From Trichosphaerium sp. ATCC 40318 (taxonomy: Eukaryota > Protista > Tubulinea), in assembly GCA_038496445.1 (NCBI GenBank), contig JALMLS010000168.1:7879-71878 (forward strand): 64,000 bases of DNA, read 5' to 3'. A program made the translations under genes and the position numbers. Below the pieces are notes generated by a model. The model searched no databases and was not told the DNA's origin. It saw nothing but the letters and a program-made list of their open reading frames with translations. Below are positions 12,392 through 26,400 of this stretch, one piece after another; the first letter of the stretch is position 1, and every line of letters starts with the position of its first letter.

Positions 12392-14362
12392 TTGAGGGCG
12401 TGTTGGGGTACTTTTAGAGTATTACTAACCATGACTGTTCCTTATACAAGAAAACTGCCCAAAATATAAACTCTGTCACTTTTATCGAACTGTAGAATAC
12501 CCATAAACAACGTTCTACTTGTGTATCATACATTCCGTGCGTTTGCTTCTTGGGAAACTGAGTTGGAGGTCATTTGTATACAAAACTGTCAGTTAACGCC
12601 TAAATATTGTTTAGAAAGTGCACTAGAACGCTTGTGCATACAATACCTTTGTAGTTTCCTACAATGCAGTATCTAAATTTAACGTGTAGCGTGCAACAAG
12701 CTTATACCTACGCGAAAAGAGCATTAAACGAACTAGTACATGTTGACACAAAACTATATGACGTACTTTGCACTGTCAAGTAAATCTTCGCCCAAAATGA
12801 ACATTGTGTTGCTTTGACGCTCAACAGGATTTTGCTCCAAACCGCACCACATCCCACAGAAATTTCTAATTGCTCGAAGCAACTGACATTTCATGTAGAG
12901 CGTGGAATATGATGTGTTTGCAGCAATTTGGTCGAGGTCTTGCGTTATTATTAATCATTTCCTTAGGACAGACAATGGTGCTTGGTGTATTCTTCACGCG
13001 CATTATCTATGTAGCGAGAGTAAGCACCACGAAAGTGAATAAAAATGTAGTTTTAAGATCTGGGTGTACAAAAGCGCAATTTACGACGTATGAGTGCATT
13101 TTTTAATATCCAAAGACTGTTTTTGTTTCGTGCGCTGCAAATAGAACGTTTACAGGAGTTTTGATCAAAAACTGTAAATTTAATTAATTCTGGATAGGTA
13201 CCGATCGTGTTTGAAAGTTGCCAATGTATCAGCGCGTGAAAGTAAACGCTCTCAACGCTGTGTCAGCGATTTTCAATTTTCTAGGTTAAAACGGTCTTCA
13301 TCTTCGGCTCTTAGTAATTATTTGAGCTCTAAATAGCGTTTTAGACGACACAAACTAAAAAAGTATATCCTCTTCCTCCAAGCCTTTCCAATGGGTAGAG
13401 AGATTGATATGATGCTACTTACCACGTTTTCGAACTGATAAATTCATCACGACTGCCTTTGTTTTCCTACTAACCCAAGACAGCTGTTACTACCTCGCTT
13501 GATAATTGAGGTTAAAAATAACGACGTACTGCAAGTCTAGTCGCAGTACCGTGAGTTTTAACTTAAAACACTTTAAGCCAATCTTTAAAGGCTTATGGGA
13601 GCGTCGGTGAACTTACCCAGGCACCACAAACTCGAGCCCGCAGTATTGTACCAACCACAACCCACCGCATCAACCGTTGTACGAAATACGCTACAAGACG
13701 CCGTTGCTTTGTCTCAAGTTAAATAATAAACCAGAACAGACCATTTTTGCAAAGATTGTTTAGGAAATGAAGCTTGACATTGCATACGAAGATGACAGTG
13801 CGTTTATACTAGAAAAGTACTTTTTACGATCAAAAACGTTGACAAATGGTAATTGTAAAAAGTACTTATATTTGTTAAAAATCTGTCATTTGTCTTGTTG
13901 CGTGCCATTACGAATCGTGGCGAACTGTGTTTAGATGTTCTACAATGTGGGCAAATTCGACTAGAAAAAGAAAAGTCGTGTTTTGACTTTGGACAGGTGC
14001 TCACAGGATTAGCGACGTTGACTCATTTGACCTTTCTAAATCTTTGGCAAAGGTAAGTGAGTGCTTGCCGAGTTTACGATTGCTTTGTAACATTGACCAC
14101 TATTTCTGGAAAGCGAATTCCATGAGATTGAAGTACCCTTTGGCGCTTGATGAGATTCGTTTCTAGCTATCTTTTTTGTAGTCTGCGTGATTTATTTACG
14201 TACTTAGTACATGCAATGAGCCACAGCGGTCGTAACAGAGGTGCAAACGTTAGCGTTATATATGAGTGGACCAAAAAAAAAAAGATCTTTTAAATATGAA
14301 AGTACTTCCTTTTGTTAAATACAGGTATGTTTTATAAGGGTTTAGTTACGTGAAGAAGGGTT

Positions 14363-15077
14363 TTACATCGAATCTGCACGTTCTCTTACAGGTTTTAAAG
14401 GACGACTCGGTCTTCTAATCCCTTTACCACGTGTTCTCTTCCACTTTAGAACAAATTTTGCCGGTTCGAAACTATTTCAAAATAATTAGTTATAAAATAC
14501 TTGTTAAATACCTCAACGCACCCCTTATGCTTAATACTATACTTTTGCGTGAATCCTCCCGGTAGCACCCATTTACTAGGATACTCTACAGCGAAACCTA
14601 GTACACGCTTCTCCTATAATACAGTAAATAAACGTGAAACCGTTTATTTTTTTGGCTTGCTTTTTGGTTTTTTTTTCACGTTATTTCATAAAAATCACGT
14701 GCCTTCCTAGTAACGCTCAACTTCGCGAATGCACTCTTATCAATCCAATGAACGTCATAAAAATACACTTGAAGTCTTTTTTTCATCTTAATTTCACCTG
14801 TATACACGGTGTCCCCTTCACATGAAAAAGTAAATACAACAGGTTTTTTAGTGTTTGATACTTTGTAAATTAGACAAACACCAAACTCTCTTCCCTTGTC
14901 ATAAGAAAGCTTACCTAGCTTTAAAGTAAATTCATAGGGCTCTTCCGCAGCTGATAAACGAAGATCTGTAGTGGTAGATGGTGCAATATCGTCCGGTATG
15001 CCTGCGCAACAATCTAATGTTATACATACACGTTGTGATGAACTAGAAAAACTGTGGCCTCTTCTTCTTCTTGACAT
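14363..15077 (-). CDS. Hypothetical protein, possibly a C2-like beta-sandwich
   Basis: Three exons join in frame (MSRRRRGHSF...LSVTRK|EKRVLGFAVEYPSKW...HKG|FEPAKFVLKWKR...DSM*) if intron 14614-14702 uses a GC donor. Confidence 0.6.
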
Positions 15078-15539
15078 TGCTCTCGATATGCTCTGTTTAG
15101 TTTCGGAACAAAATGATCCAATTGGCTTAATTATAAACGTCAAAAAAACATGACGTTTTGATCACGTGATAGTTTTTTTGTCTGGTAGGCTGTGAAGTGC
15201 GCTCTGGAAGCGTTCCGCATGTTAAGGCATTAAGAGCTCAATGCACTGATTGGTATGTTATACAGTTTACTAGGAGCAGGGCACATAAGTGTGTCAAGCT
15301 TATGGTTTGGTGTAATCCTCTTGGCGCTATTTAGCTATTTATACACAACCGAACCTACAGTTGCACTAGTAGGTGGTATCGCGAATGGTTTTAGCTTAGG
15401 AACCCTTCACGCGTCGATTTGAAGCGCTAGGCGTCAGCTTCAATAAAAAAACCGTTTCTTTACCGCGCTCTGCGTGTTCATTAGTGTAATATCACTTCTA
15501 TCAAAGCGACTAGTACGTCAGTAAGCCTATATGTCGCTT

Positions 15540-16580
15540 TGGAGTGTTTCCGTAATGTGTCGGTTTGCAAAACGTGATTGAGTAATTTTTTTGGGTAAAG
15601 CGTTATTTGTGCGTTAATGTCGTCCATTTATCTATTATACGCGTACGCCTACACATTTCTAGTTCTCAAGCAGGTTTCGAGTGCTTTAAAGCTATTTCGT
15701 AAAATCGTTCGTTTCGTTGCTTTGCCTTTTGGGAAACGTGAAGGTAGTATTAAAACAACCGATTAGCGGCGTAGTTAGATGAATGAAGTTGGCGCGTTCT
15801 TGTGATGTTTGGTCCTTTTGTGGATAGCACCTATCCAGTGCGGACCGGACGCTGTACACTTAGAAATATGCTTGGGAGTTAGCATATACCATGTACAATG
15901 TATGTAATGCAGTAATAATTTTTAACGGTGACACAAATGGAATTCGGTTGTTGCACTGTTCCAAAGCCTTTATATGTATTTATTGAGCGTATATAAACGC
16001 AACAGAGGTTCTGGCGTTGACATTCAAGCGTTTTTGGTGACTTTAAAAGGTGTTAAAGAGAGTACTCAGTTCAACATGAACCAATTTGAAAACAGTTGCA
16101 CAACAGTTATCACCGTTGGCATGGTTATGCTGTTGTAGGTTTTAGTGTAAACTGCATTTTACTCAGCTCAATGTAAACCAATTCGAACCAAAGTCACAAC
16201 TATCTTAATCACCATGGACAGGGCTACAGGTATGTTCTATCCCACAATTTATTTTTATTTGAGTTTTAGGTGTATAAAAGAAAACGAATATATCGTGTTA
16301 TCGTATTTGTAAAAAAGTACCATGAGCACTTATCATGTAAAAATTCTGAATTGATCTCAATGCCCAAAATCTGTCTTGGATGCGCCAAAGCTATAATGAC
16401 CCCTGAAATAACTGACTAAGACCGTAACCTGGTAGCCATATCTTTTTGTCAAAATTACATTGTACAAACCTTAACGTTCAACCAACCAAGTCATGAGCAC
16501 AACTCTATGCTACTTCATTAGCGCTTTACACAACAACATACCAAAATAATTCTCATTATTTTCTTACTTCAATAGTTGTT
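15540..16580 (+). repeat. Dispersed non-coding repeat, copy B (core ~15920-16465)
   Basis: Direct sequence identity with copies A, C and D. Right flank 16465-16580 is shared with copy D. Confidence 0.92.
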
Positions 16581-17024
16581 TTGAAGAATTACGCGCTTGT
16601 GAACAAATGACTCTAGAGAAATATAATTCAATAAAATGCACCATCTTGTATTCCTTCGCGATTATTACATCCTTCAAGAATCAATTGGAAGCCTTTACGA
16701 GGAGCTGAAACATCAAGTGTACCTATCGTTTATGCCATAGTCTAGATAGTTCGATACATACTGTCAACCTTCTATCTTTGCATAAGTGGGCGTAGTCACA
16801 GCAACTTAAAAAAGTGCCGTGCTCTAACTTAGACTAAATCCCGTATGGTTTTCGAACTCATGGTTCACAGAGTTTCCAGGCGTTTTACTAGAGACATGTC
16901 AGTTCGAGCATCAGACCCACTCTTTTTTCTACGGGTGAATTCAGTATTTTTTCGGCTTTTTTGTAAAACGCCGACGGGCAAACTTAAAAAACTCCGACGC
17001 CTCTTCATTTTCCATTCAACAACA

Positions 17025-17974
17025 ATGATAGCTGTTACTCATTTTGTTTATTTCTTTTGTGGTATTATTGCAGGCATTGCGTACTTGAAACGAAAGTTTA
17101 TATACGTTCTGTGTTACTATATCTTACAAGTTCTGTGGTTAAAGTACAACAACACTACAAAGGAGGAGTTCACTCTATCTTACATAAAGTCACACGCTAT
17201 AAAAGGCACGTGTTCTTCTAAAAATAGGCAGCTATTCAAATACCTGAACATGTCTAACACACGTGTAGGTGATGCTGAGTCTGTTATTAATGCTTTTCAT
17301 GATTTGGCACATAGTAGCAAAGGTGAATTACCACGCATACTACTTACAAACGTTGGTAAAATCAAGGCCGACAAAATGACACATACAATACTGGAAGCAA
17401 AGTCAAAGTACACGTGAATAGTGACCATTAACTAAACTTTACTTTTAGACTCATCATCGAGTTTGGTGGGCACACAGGATACTCTGCAATACTCATGGCA
17501 AGAGCACTAGAATGTGTACAAGACGGACTTATCCTTTCATTTGAAAAGAATCCCAAGTTTGCAGATATTGAGCGACAGATAGTTGAACACGCAGGGTATG
17601 CTCTTGTAAAATGTGATAACGATGTTGTTTACCCTATCTCCTTCAGGTTATTAGACAAAATAAAGGTAGTAACAGGAGATAGTTCAAGCTGTATAGAGAA
17701 ATACGTTGCCAAGTATGAGTTACATGGTAAAGTCGATGTTGTGTTTCTGGATCATTGGAAAGACAAGTATGTGCCTGATATTAAGAAAGTAGAACAACTT
17801 GGATTACTTCATCCTGGTAGCATTGTAATAGCAGATAATATTTTATATCCGGGAGCACCAGACTATGAAAATTATATGATCAATAACAGTGACTTTGAAA
17901 GCAAGTACTATTTAGATCATAATTTTCTTGGAGGAGCTTTTTTAGATGCTATTATGATATCAACATTTAATTGA
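17025..17974 (+). CDS. COMT: Catechol O-methyltransferase-like protein with N-terminal membrane anchor
   Basis: 'GDAESVINAFHD', 'NVGKIKA', SAM motif 'IIEFGGHTGYSA', 'DVVFLDHWKDKYVPDIK..EQLGLLHPGSIVIADNILYPGAPDY' are COMT signatures. Confidence 0.9.
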
Positions 17975-18247
17975 CTTTGTTGTACAAAGTAAATAATAAA
18001 CTGAATTGCATGATTCGTATTACTGTACACAAGTATGTTGCATAGAACAAAAAATGCGAGGTAACAATAATACGCTCAAAGATTTGGGACTAGAGCCACA
18101 CCAGTTATAGCTACTGGTCAAGAATGGAACACTATAATATTACCAGTTCATGGTTATTCATGCTCAACAAATATATATAACCTTTATTATTTGATACACA
18201 AACTGTAACTTATATTCAAAGAGAAAGCCAAAGCTAAATTCTCGTAG

Positions 18248-19525
18248 TCAGACAATGTTTCTCCATTCAAGGAAATGCGTCGGAGACATATCTATTATCA
18301 CGCCTCTTTTGTTAAGAGCATCTCTACAGTCGTATGTTATACCATCATAATTCACATAGAGTCTACGCAAGTTAACCAGTGATTCAATAACTTTACTCGA
18401 AATACTCGATTCACTAATATCTATTTCTCTGACACTATCAGCAATTGGTTCAAGCCACTCATCTGTTGCATATGTACTTGATAAATAAATGGTTTCAACG
18501 CCTTTGAGACTCTCCATACATGTTCCTGTAATATTTCTACAGTGATCTAGGTTGATGTGTTTCACACCAGAGAGTAGAATAATCCAATCATCTGTTGCGT
18601 TTGTGTAAGATAAATCAATGGTTTCAACACCCTTGAGACACTTCATACAAGATGATGTGAGAGATTTACACCCCATCAGGTCAATTAGTTTCACACCAGA
18701 GAGTGGAGTAATCCAATCATGTGTTGCGTTCAAAAAGGCTAAATTAATGTACCTGACACCAACAAGATCTTTCATACATGTTCCAGTTAACCGACATGCA
18801 ACCAGTTGAATATTTTTTACACCCTTCAAGCTTGATACTCCTGAGTCTGTAACGTTACAATTAGTCAAATCTATTGAGTGTACACCAGCCAAGGCTGAGA
18901 CACCCTTGTCCGTGATTCGTGTAAGAGACAAATCTATGGTATGTACACCAGCCAATGCTGAAACTCCTTCGTCAGTGATGTGCTTACAGCCATGTAAATA
19001 AATACTGTGTATGCCGGCTAACATATACAACACATTGTCAGTAACCTTACAAGTGTCTAGGCTGATTCTTGGTATGCCGACCAACGCTTTAATGCCATCA
19101 TCTGTTACTTGTGGGAGGTAATTCAGTGAGATATATTTGAGGTGTTTTGAAGGTTGGTCTCCACAAAAATTCTTCAACCCATCATCTGTGATGTGCTTGG
19201 TCTCAAAAAGTGAGAGCGAGGCGACACCAGAAAGCATAGCTAGGTCTTCGTCTGTTCCACCTTCCCAAAGCTCAATTTCAGTGTTTTTCAGGAGCGGACT
19301 TCCTGAAATGAGCGAACAGCTCTCGCTGGATTGAACGTAGATTTTATCGTAGCCAACATGATGGTGAATGACGTCTGATAAACGTGTACAGCTTTCAGAA
19401 ACGAGAAATCGATCAGAACGGCCAACATACGATAATAAATGAGCGATTATCTCTGTTGGTATGTCTAATAGCGTAGTTTTGTCGCTAGGCTTTAAATGTC
19501 TCGTGTTTGCTTCTCTAGAAAGCAT
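18248..19525 (-). CDS. Intronless F-box / leucine-rich repeat protein
   Basis: F-box 'LLDIPTEIIAHLLSYV...' followed by about 13 repeats of type 'ITDEGVSALAGVHTIDLS'. First ATG at 19525. Confidence 0.9.
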   Translation of the reverse strand: MLSREANTRHLKPSDKTTLLDIPTEIIAHLLSYVGRSDRFLVSESCTRLSDVIHHHVGYDKIYVQSSESCSLISGSPLLKNTEIELWEGGTDEDLAMLSGVASLSLFETKHITDDGLKNFCGDQPSKHLKYISLNYLPQVTDDGIKALVGIPRISLDTCKVTDNVLYMLAGIHSIYLHGCKHITDEGVSALAGVHTIDLSLTRITDKGVSALAGVHSIDLTNCNVTDSGVSSLKGVKNIQLVACRLTGTCMKDLVGVRYINLAFLNATHDWITPLSGVKLIDLMGCKSLTSSCMKCLKGVETIDLSYTNATDDWIILLSGVKHINLDHCRNITGTCMESLKGVETIYLSSTYATDEWLEPIADSVREIDISESSISSKVIESLVNLRRLYVNYDGITYDCRDALNKRGVIIDMSPTHFLEWRNIV

Positions 19526-20030
19526 TATGTTGAGGTATTTGGCAATTGCTGTCAACCTTACTTAATAAAACGCACTTAAACAAAATAAGCTACAGCTACA
19601 CGTGACACATCAACATATCGCAACACAGTGTACTTATGAAAATAGCGGTAGGGTGTCTATCAAAAAAGCTTTCTGATACGCTACACGTGACAAATTCAAT
19701 TTCAACAAAGATAAAAGTGGCTTGTTACTTTATTAAACATATGTACTCCACGTGTGAAGCTCATGTTTCTCGCTTACTTTGTGTTATTATTAGCGTATTC
19801 GTTTGTTAGAAACCTTTATTGCATTCTTCTACATCTGTTATACGTATTGCAAGGGAGAAGAAGCTCTTGTTAAAGCAAGGTGAGAAAGCTGAAACAAGTG
19901 TCCTCACAACATTTTATTTACAGTTTTGGTACAGGGGCCATACAACAAAAGACAAATATGTAACTTTTACAGTAGCTTCCTAACAGTTTAGGATTGAGCC
20001 ATTTGAATAAACCGTTGCTCTAGGTTTGTT

Positions 20031-21311
20031 TTAAGCACTATCAGCAACAATATTATCTATGAATCCATGAAAATTACAAGAAGCCACAAGCAGCAAGATG
20101 TCCACATCAACTTCAGGTCCACAGAAATCGGCCTCTTCTTCTCCTCCACTATCTTCATTACAACGAAGTGTTAGGATGTTACTTATAATAAACGGACGCC
20201 AATTACTAACTCCTGAGAGGCAAGCAAAGTTAGTAATTACAGCAAAAGACTGGGACAAATCCTCTTGGCAATGAGGTTGTGGACTTACCTGTGATGATAC
20301 CTAGTTCTCCTAGTTGTGCAACAAAAGCAAGGGTTCCTGTTTGATTTCTTTCTTCAAAGTAAGCGCATTTGTTCTGGGCTGTTCCATCAATGAAACACTT
20401 TACAAAACGTCCAGCTGGCATTTGTGTATCCGACAAATTTGTAGTTGTCCATCCACTACACTTTTTAGCTGCCATTCTTAACGCCTCTGCAAAGGCCTTT
20501 ACACTATCCATTGAACATGCAACCACTTGATCGCCCAAGTAGTTTGGTACACCAATAGTATCTTCATTAAATTTGTCAAATAAACGTGACACAAATGTTG
20601 ACATATCTCCTTCAAATACAGAGTATAGCTTTTCCCAGTTGATTTTAAATGGCTTATACTTTGCAAGCTCTCCAGAGATTAGTGCCTCAGCTTTCGCTTT
20701 TGCCAACGGAAAATCTGATAACAGTGTTGTGAGGAGAAGTGAAATACGATCTCTTGGAAGTGATGCAATTTTATCCTCCAGAGACATATTCGCTGTATCA
20801 GGTTCACCAAATGCCATAGGCTCTGATACATCTTCGTAAGCTACCCTTAATGATATCGTGAGCTATGAAGAAGAACACCGGAGTGAGAAAACGTACGTTT
20901 CACCAATAGATACAAAATGATTCGAAGAAACACTCGCAAATACTTGTATTGTAGACCAGTCAGTATGACTATCGAGATATCCTCTAGCACCATCTGAATA
21001 GTATAAACTTTGAGAGTCATAAGCCAGTAGAATCATCTCAGGTCTTTCAGAAATTTAGTCAGTTTTCGCTTGTTTTGTGCTGGTAAAGACTTACCCGAGT
21101 ATTTCATCTTGTCTTACTTGTCGAAAGTATGCAGTGCTTTTATTTGTATTACTATACTACAACAATGGTTAGTGTTGGTGAGGTTTTCATGAAAAATGGA
21201 CACCTTAGACACAATTTCTTCGATAGTACCGTTTTCGGATACTTCTACGCGTGGAAACCTTTGTGGGTTGATTTTGGTGTATTGTGTTGCTTTCTTGCGT
21301 GGTTCTTCCAT
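20031..21311 (-). CDS. Hypothetical protein (~360 aa), 5 exons
   Basis: GT-AG splicing joins ORFs 21114-21311, 20230-20817 and 20031-20258 into one frame. Confidence 0.7.
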
Positions 21312-21889
21312 TTAGCGCCTTTATTTACTACCAGTGCTTTTAAGTGGTATTTGACGTGCTATTTATTGCCAATACAAACAGTACGAACGAAGTTGACGAA
21401 ACCTGGTTGGGTTTTAAAAATGGTTGGCAACCATTTTTTTTTTCAACAAAACTTCAAATCGTTTGACATACAACCCGCCTGTGAGAAATAGTACAGTAGT
21501 GTATGTGCTTTGATCGTACCGTAAGTTGTTTGGTACCTGATTATGCGTGCTTTCTGACAGAGTTACTCACTAAAAAAGCACTTATGGCTTTGTTTTTGTG
21601 GGGAATTTGTAAACACGGATGATAGTTAAAGAGCTTGTAGAATTTCCATGTAATATGTTCCTACCGCTTAATATGTCATGCGACACCACTCCGTTAATGT
21701 GTCATGCGATACTTACAAACAGCGTCAAGTGTTATAAGATTGTGAAGCTATTTTAAGATGCCGCTTTAATAAAAAATAGAGTTCAAAGGCTGCCTTAACT
21801 GTTTTTACCGTAAACAGTGATGAAAACTCTTGTTTACCGTAAAACGTTTCGCTGAATGAGTAAGCTAAATTGGAATACCAAGTAGCTTT

Positions 21890-22905
21890 GTCTACTTGCA
21901 CTGTATGAGTAAAACCAAAGAATGAAATTTCGTTTTGATATACATATCACTCACATTTGCTCTGTTCTGTAAAACGTGTTTGTCAGTCAGTACCACAACC
22001 AAATAATAGGAATTAGTGCATAATATACTATATTAAGTACTTTGAAGCGTTTTGGTGACATGTCGGTTCAAAAAACGTGGTTGAACAGTTTTTTTTTCTG
22101 AAACAAGAGATATGTTGTGAGATTATATCTTTTTGTGGATATCCTGTATCCGTTGAGAAACCGACGCAATATGCATAGAAATACGGTCAATAGTTCATAC
22201 GTACCATGTTCAACGTGTTAAACACAAAAATAATTTTAAACAGTTGACACAAATGGAATTTGGTTATTGCGCTGTTCCAAAGCCTTTGTATCTATTTATT
22301 GAGCGTATTTAAACACAATAAAGTACCTAGCGTTGACACTCAAACGTTATAACATACTTTAAAGCGTTTTTGATGACTTTAAAAGGTGTTCAATAGAGTA
22401 CTCAGTTCAACATGAACCAATTTGAAAAACAGTTGCACAACAGTTATCACTGTTGGCATGGTTATGCTGTTGTAGGTTTTAGTGTAAACTGCATTTTACT
22501 CAGCTCAATGTAAACCAATTCGAACCAAAGTCACAACTATCTGAATCACCATGGATAGGGCTACAGGTATGTTCTATCCCACAATTTATTTTTATTTGAG
22601 TTTTAGGTGTATAAAAGAAAACGAATATATCGTGTTATCGTATTTGTAAAAAAGTACCATGAGCACTTATCATGTAAAAATTCTGAAATGATCTCAATGC
22701 CCAAAATCTGTCTTGGATGCACCAAAGCTATAATGACCCCTGAAATAACTGACTAAGACCGTAACCTGGTAGCCATATCTTTTTGTCAAAATTGCATTGT
22801 ACAAATACCTGACAGCACGCTGTGCTTCATCCAATAATGCAGTCTATAACGATAGCACTTGCGCGACTGTAATCGCAACAAATCTCATTATTTTCTTATT
22901 TACGA
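21890..22905 (+). repeat. Dispersed non-coding repeat, copy C
   Basis: Core shared with A and B. Extended left part is nearly identical to the reverse complement of 36700-37050. Confidence 0.92.
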
Positions 22906-23472
22906 AGCATGTTGGTAGACAAATGATGAAAACCCGCAGTGGCGTAGAACGGCAGCCCTGTAAAATGTCACTTTACAATAAGGAGTTGGTCTAGTAGAAT
23001 AGATATACTCTTGGCTGCTTACCATTTGCTCTGAACTTGCTATAACAAACTAAAAGAAAAATAAACTTGTAATGTAGTATAAGGTTTGTGATAGCTACAC
23101 TGACTACATGTCCTAGCCTAATACTACAAATTCTGCTTCAATATGACATTTTTAAACAGTATGCCATTTCTGCTTAGTGCATTAAATAGACTGACTTGTT
23201 GCACTTCTTGTTTAGAAGCATGCAACAAAAAATTTCGAGAATTCACGAGAAATACCTTTCGGGAATGTTGGGCAAAAAAAACTACACAAAAGTCGCTCTT
23301 TCTGTGATTTCAGGCGTTATTAATTTGCTTTTTCGGGTTTACACCATATAACGTTACTACTATATTTAACGTTAGAAACTACTGCGTACAAATTTTTGGC
23401 GGTTTGTATCACGTGATACAGTATTTTTATTTCAAGATAAACGTAACATAAAAACAAGGTTCGCAGTATATA

Positions 23473-26400
23473 ATGGCTGCTGAACCAACTGCTGAGGTCC
23501 TATTTCAACTAAAACCTGTACCTCTTCAACAAAAGAAAGGTATAGTACAAGAACTAGATCTAGTACGCTTTAATTAGTACTAATAAACAAAAAAGGACGA
23601 AGTAAACGTGAAAATATACTGGTTGAGATACTTGAAACAGAAGTAACATACGTAAACAATCTTATTGTAGCGCTGGAGGTACGTAAAGGACTTTTCCAAC
23701 ACAAGTGTTCGATAGCGTCAATTTTGATTATGGAGAAAAATCATTTTAATGTTTTTGCAAGCACGTGACGCAGGTGTAACCAAACTGAACGTTTTTTTGT
23801 CTTTTTCGTTTTAACTCTACTGAAGGTTTATAAAAAAGCGTTGATACGCGAAAAACGAGTACCCCAGAGCGATGTACGCTGTTTAAAACAATAGACAATT
23901 ACTGAAGATAATTATAAGGTTGACACTATATTTTCACGATTTCTTGATGTTATAGTACAATTGAACAAAAGTCTTGTCGTAGAATTACAAGATACAATGA
24001 TAAAATGGCCTCTTGATGACGAAAATAAGCAATTAATAGGCGAAAAGTTTAGTTATTTTGTACGTAATCACGTGTATAAAATGCGATGATTGTCTTTAAC
24101 ATAAGGAACTAGGTACCTCACTTTAAGAATTATAAGTTTTATGGGACGAATTACGAACGTGCCACTAAATTATTACACAACTACCTTCAAAAGTCATGGT
24201 TTACAGAGATAATGAATGAATGTAATACCACTGCTATGCATCTACTTGGACGTACAAAAGGATTAGGTGACTTGCTCATCACACCTGTTCAGCGTAAGAT
24301 TTCTAACAAACACAAAGTTTATCAAAAAACTAAATTTTTTTTACAGGTGTTCCTCGCTACGAATTACTCCTTAGAGTATGTCAACGCTATACTATCACGT
24401 GATATTTTTTAAAAATAATGTTAAATATCTAAACACTTTTTAGGAGCTTGTAAAGCATACAGACAAGGATCATCCTGATTGTAAAAGTATTTCTTCTGCG
24501 TACAAAGAGACAAAAAAGATTGCGCGATATTTAAATGAAAGTATGGAAAAAGCTAAAGCGGATGAAGCGTGGCGTGATTTATTGACACATAAGGATTATC
24601 TTGTGGTAATTAATAATACAAGTTTACAAAGGCTTCTACTAGAAACTAAACGCTACGTAGATGCTCGCAAGCCCAAGTAGATATTTCGTAAGGTCGGAGA
24701 CCATTTGGCTTCTCCAAGACAATGAAAAAATGAAGACAACATTGTACCTTTTTAATGGTATACATATTGCTCTAACATCATTCGTTTTTTATCCTTAAAA
24801 ATCTGTAGATATGGTAGTTGTTGATGAATTGATTGAAGAACACTCTGACGAAGGATGGCAGGTAAAGATCGAAAATGAAAAAAGGAAAATACAATACTAA
24901 CTGAACAAAAGGTTTATGGAATGAAGCTTGATCTCATGTGGCTTGAGTCTAATCTCACCAAAACTATTACACAAAATAAAGCATACGCAACGATCGACTT
25001 AAATTGCGGCATTGAACTCATTAGCACGTGATAATCACGTGTTATGTCACAACTTACATGTAAACATAGGTCCTGACAAAAGTTGGAAGCTGCTATTTGG
25101 GAACACTGTAAAGCGTCGTAGCTGGATAAAAGCTATTAAAGCTACTGTAAAAAAGAATGTCAGAGTTAAGGTAACAGAAGATGATCCAGGTATGTAGTAA
25201 CATAGACAGAAGTTCAGAAAAAAACAGTATCATGTATTAAGTTTTCTCCAGACGGAAAAAGGCGACAAGGAACGTACACATATTTAGGACCTGTTCATGG
25301 GACATACACTGGGACATTTAACTATGGAATGGTATAGTTTAGAAGTAATTAAATTGTACTAAGTAGTATTTTTTGTAGCTTCACGGACAAGGCCAATTCG
25401 AATCAACGAAAACCGGAATTATGTTTGAAGGATACTGGGATTGCTCTCAACAGGTATAGTTATACCTCAATACCATCTCGCTGAGTGTATTCTAGCTTGG
25501 ATATGGTACTGTAACATATCCAAATGGAAGTAAAGTTCAGGATATGTGTTGGTACAACAAGGTTCCACATAAGAAACCTGATATTCATGCTACTATTGTA
25601 AGTTTGTGGTTTATCCGTTTTTTTACTCACTGACACATTTATCAAGTCTACAAATGTAGAAGTATCGACGGATATAGTAGCGAAGACATTTAGAGGATTA
25701 AAAATAGCAAATAATTCGGAGAAGGTCTTGAAGGAACTCAAAGATAAAGACTGGGAATTGTTATCAGCTGAAAATCCAGAACCACGAGAATTCTTTAGAG
25801 GCACTACACTTTTTTAGCACGTGAAAAACACGTGACTAATAGCTGAAATAGGTCAAGTAATATTAAAAGAAGAGGCTCTTAATATGCATGTGTATCGTAT
25901 ACTCGAAGGAGAAGTAGAAATGTTTATAACTGTTCCAGATAAAATAACAGGAGAACCTGTAAGAAAGGTTCTTGGAACTATATCGTATGTGGCTTTATTA
26001 TACTGAAATTGTACTGATCCTTATATCTATGTAGGGCTCCTCATTCATTTGGCGAGGTTTGCGTATTTAATTACAGAGAAATGCCTGGCGTTATTGCAAA
26101 AACTGATGTGAAATGTAACTTCATATCACTTACTTTTATTTATCGAATGTGCTCTTCAAAACCACGTGCGTTTCCGGATTTCCTCTTTGTGCACCACATT
26201 TATTATTCTTTGTTATCTTACTTCATGTAGATCTTGCAAGACGTTATCATGAGGGTATGGCTCAGATACTAGGTCAACTTCTGCGCACTGCAACATCAGC
26301 AACTTTGTCAAGCATACTTTTGAAAAAAAGAGGTTAGACTTGTCTTTTGTAGCTTGTTTATAACTCTATTTAAGGTCTTGGTAGTCGTAGTAAATCTGAA

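Noticed and set aside
13768-14052. Plus-strand exon-like fragment ('..VLTGLATLTHLTFLNLW' followed by GTAAG)
   Set aside because: I could not build a complete gene or assign a family; possibly a relic.
15893-16465. Possible terminal inverted repeat (tgtacaatgta / tacattgtaca) in repeat copy B
   Set aside because: Only 11 bp, not conserved in the other copies, and homology extends beyond it on both sides.
18618-19334. Antisense ORFs over the LRR gene, and similar shadow ORFs such as 20573-20839, 27446-27814 and 53143-53346
   Set aside because: Shadows of real coding strands with no independent features.
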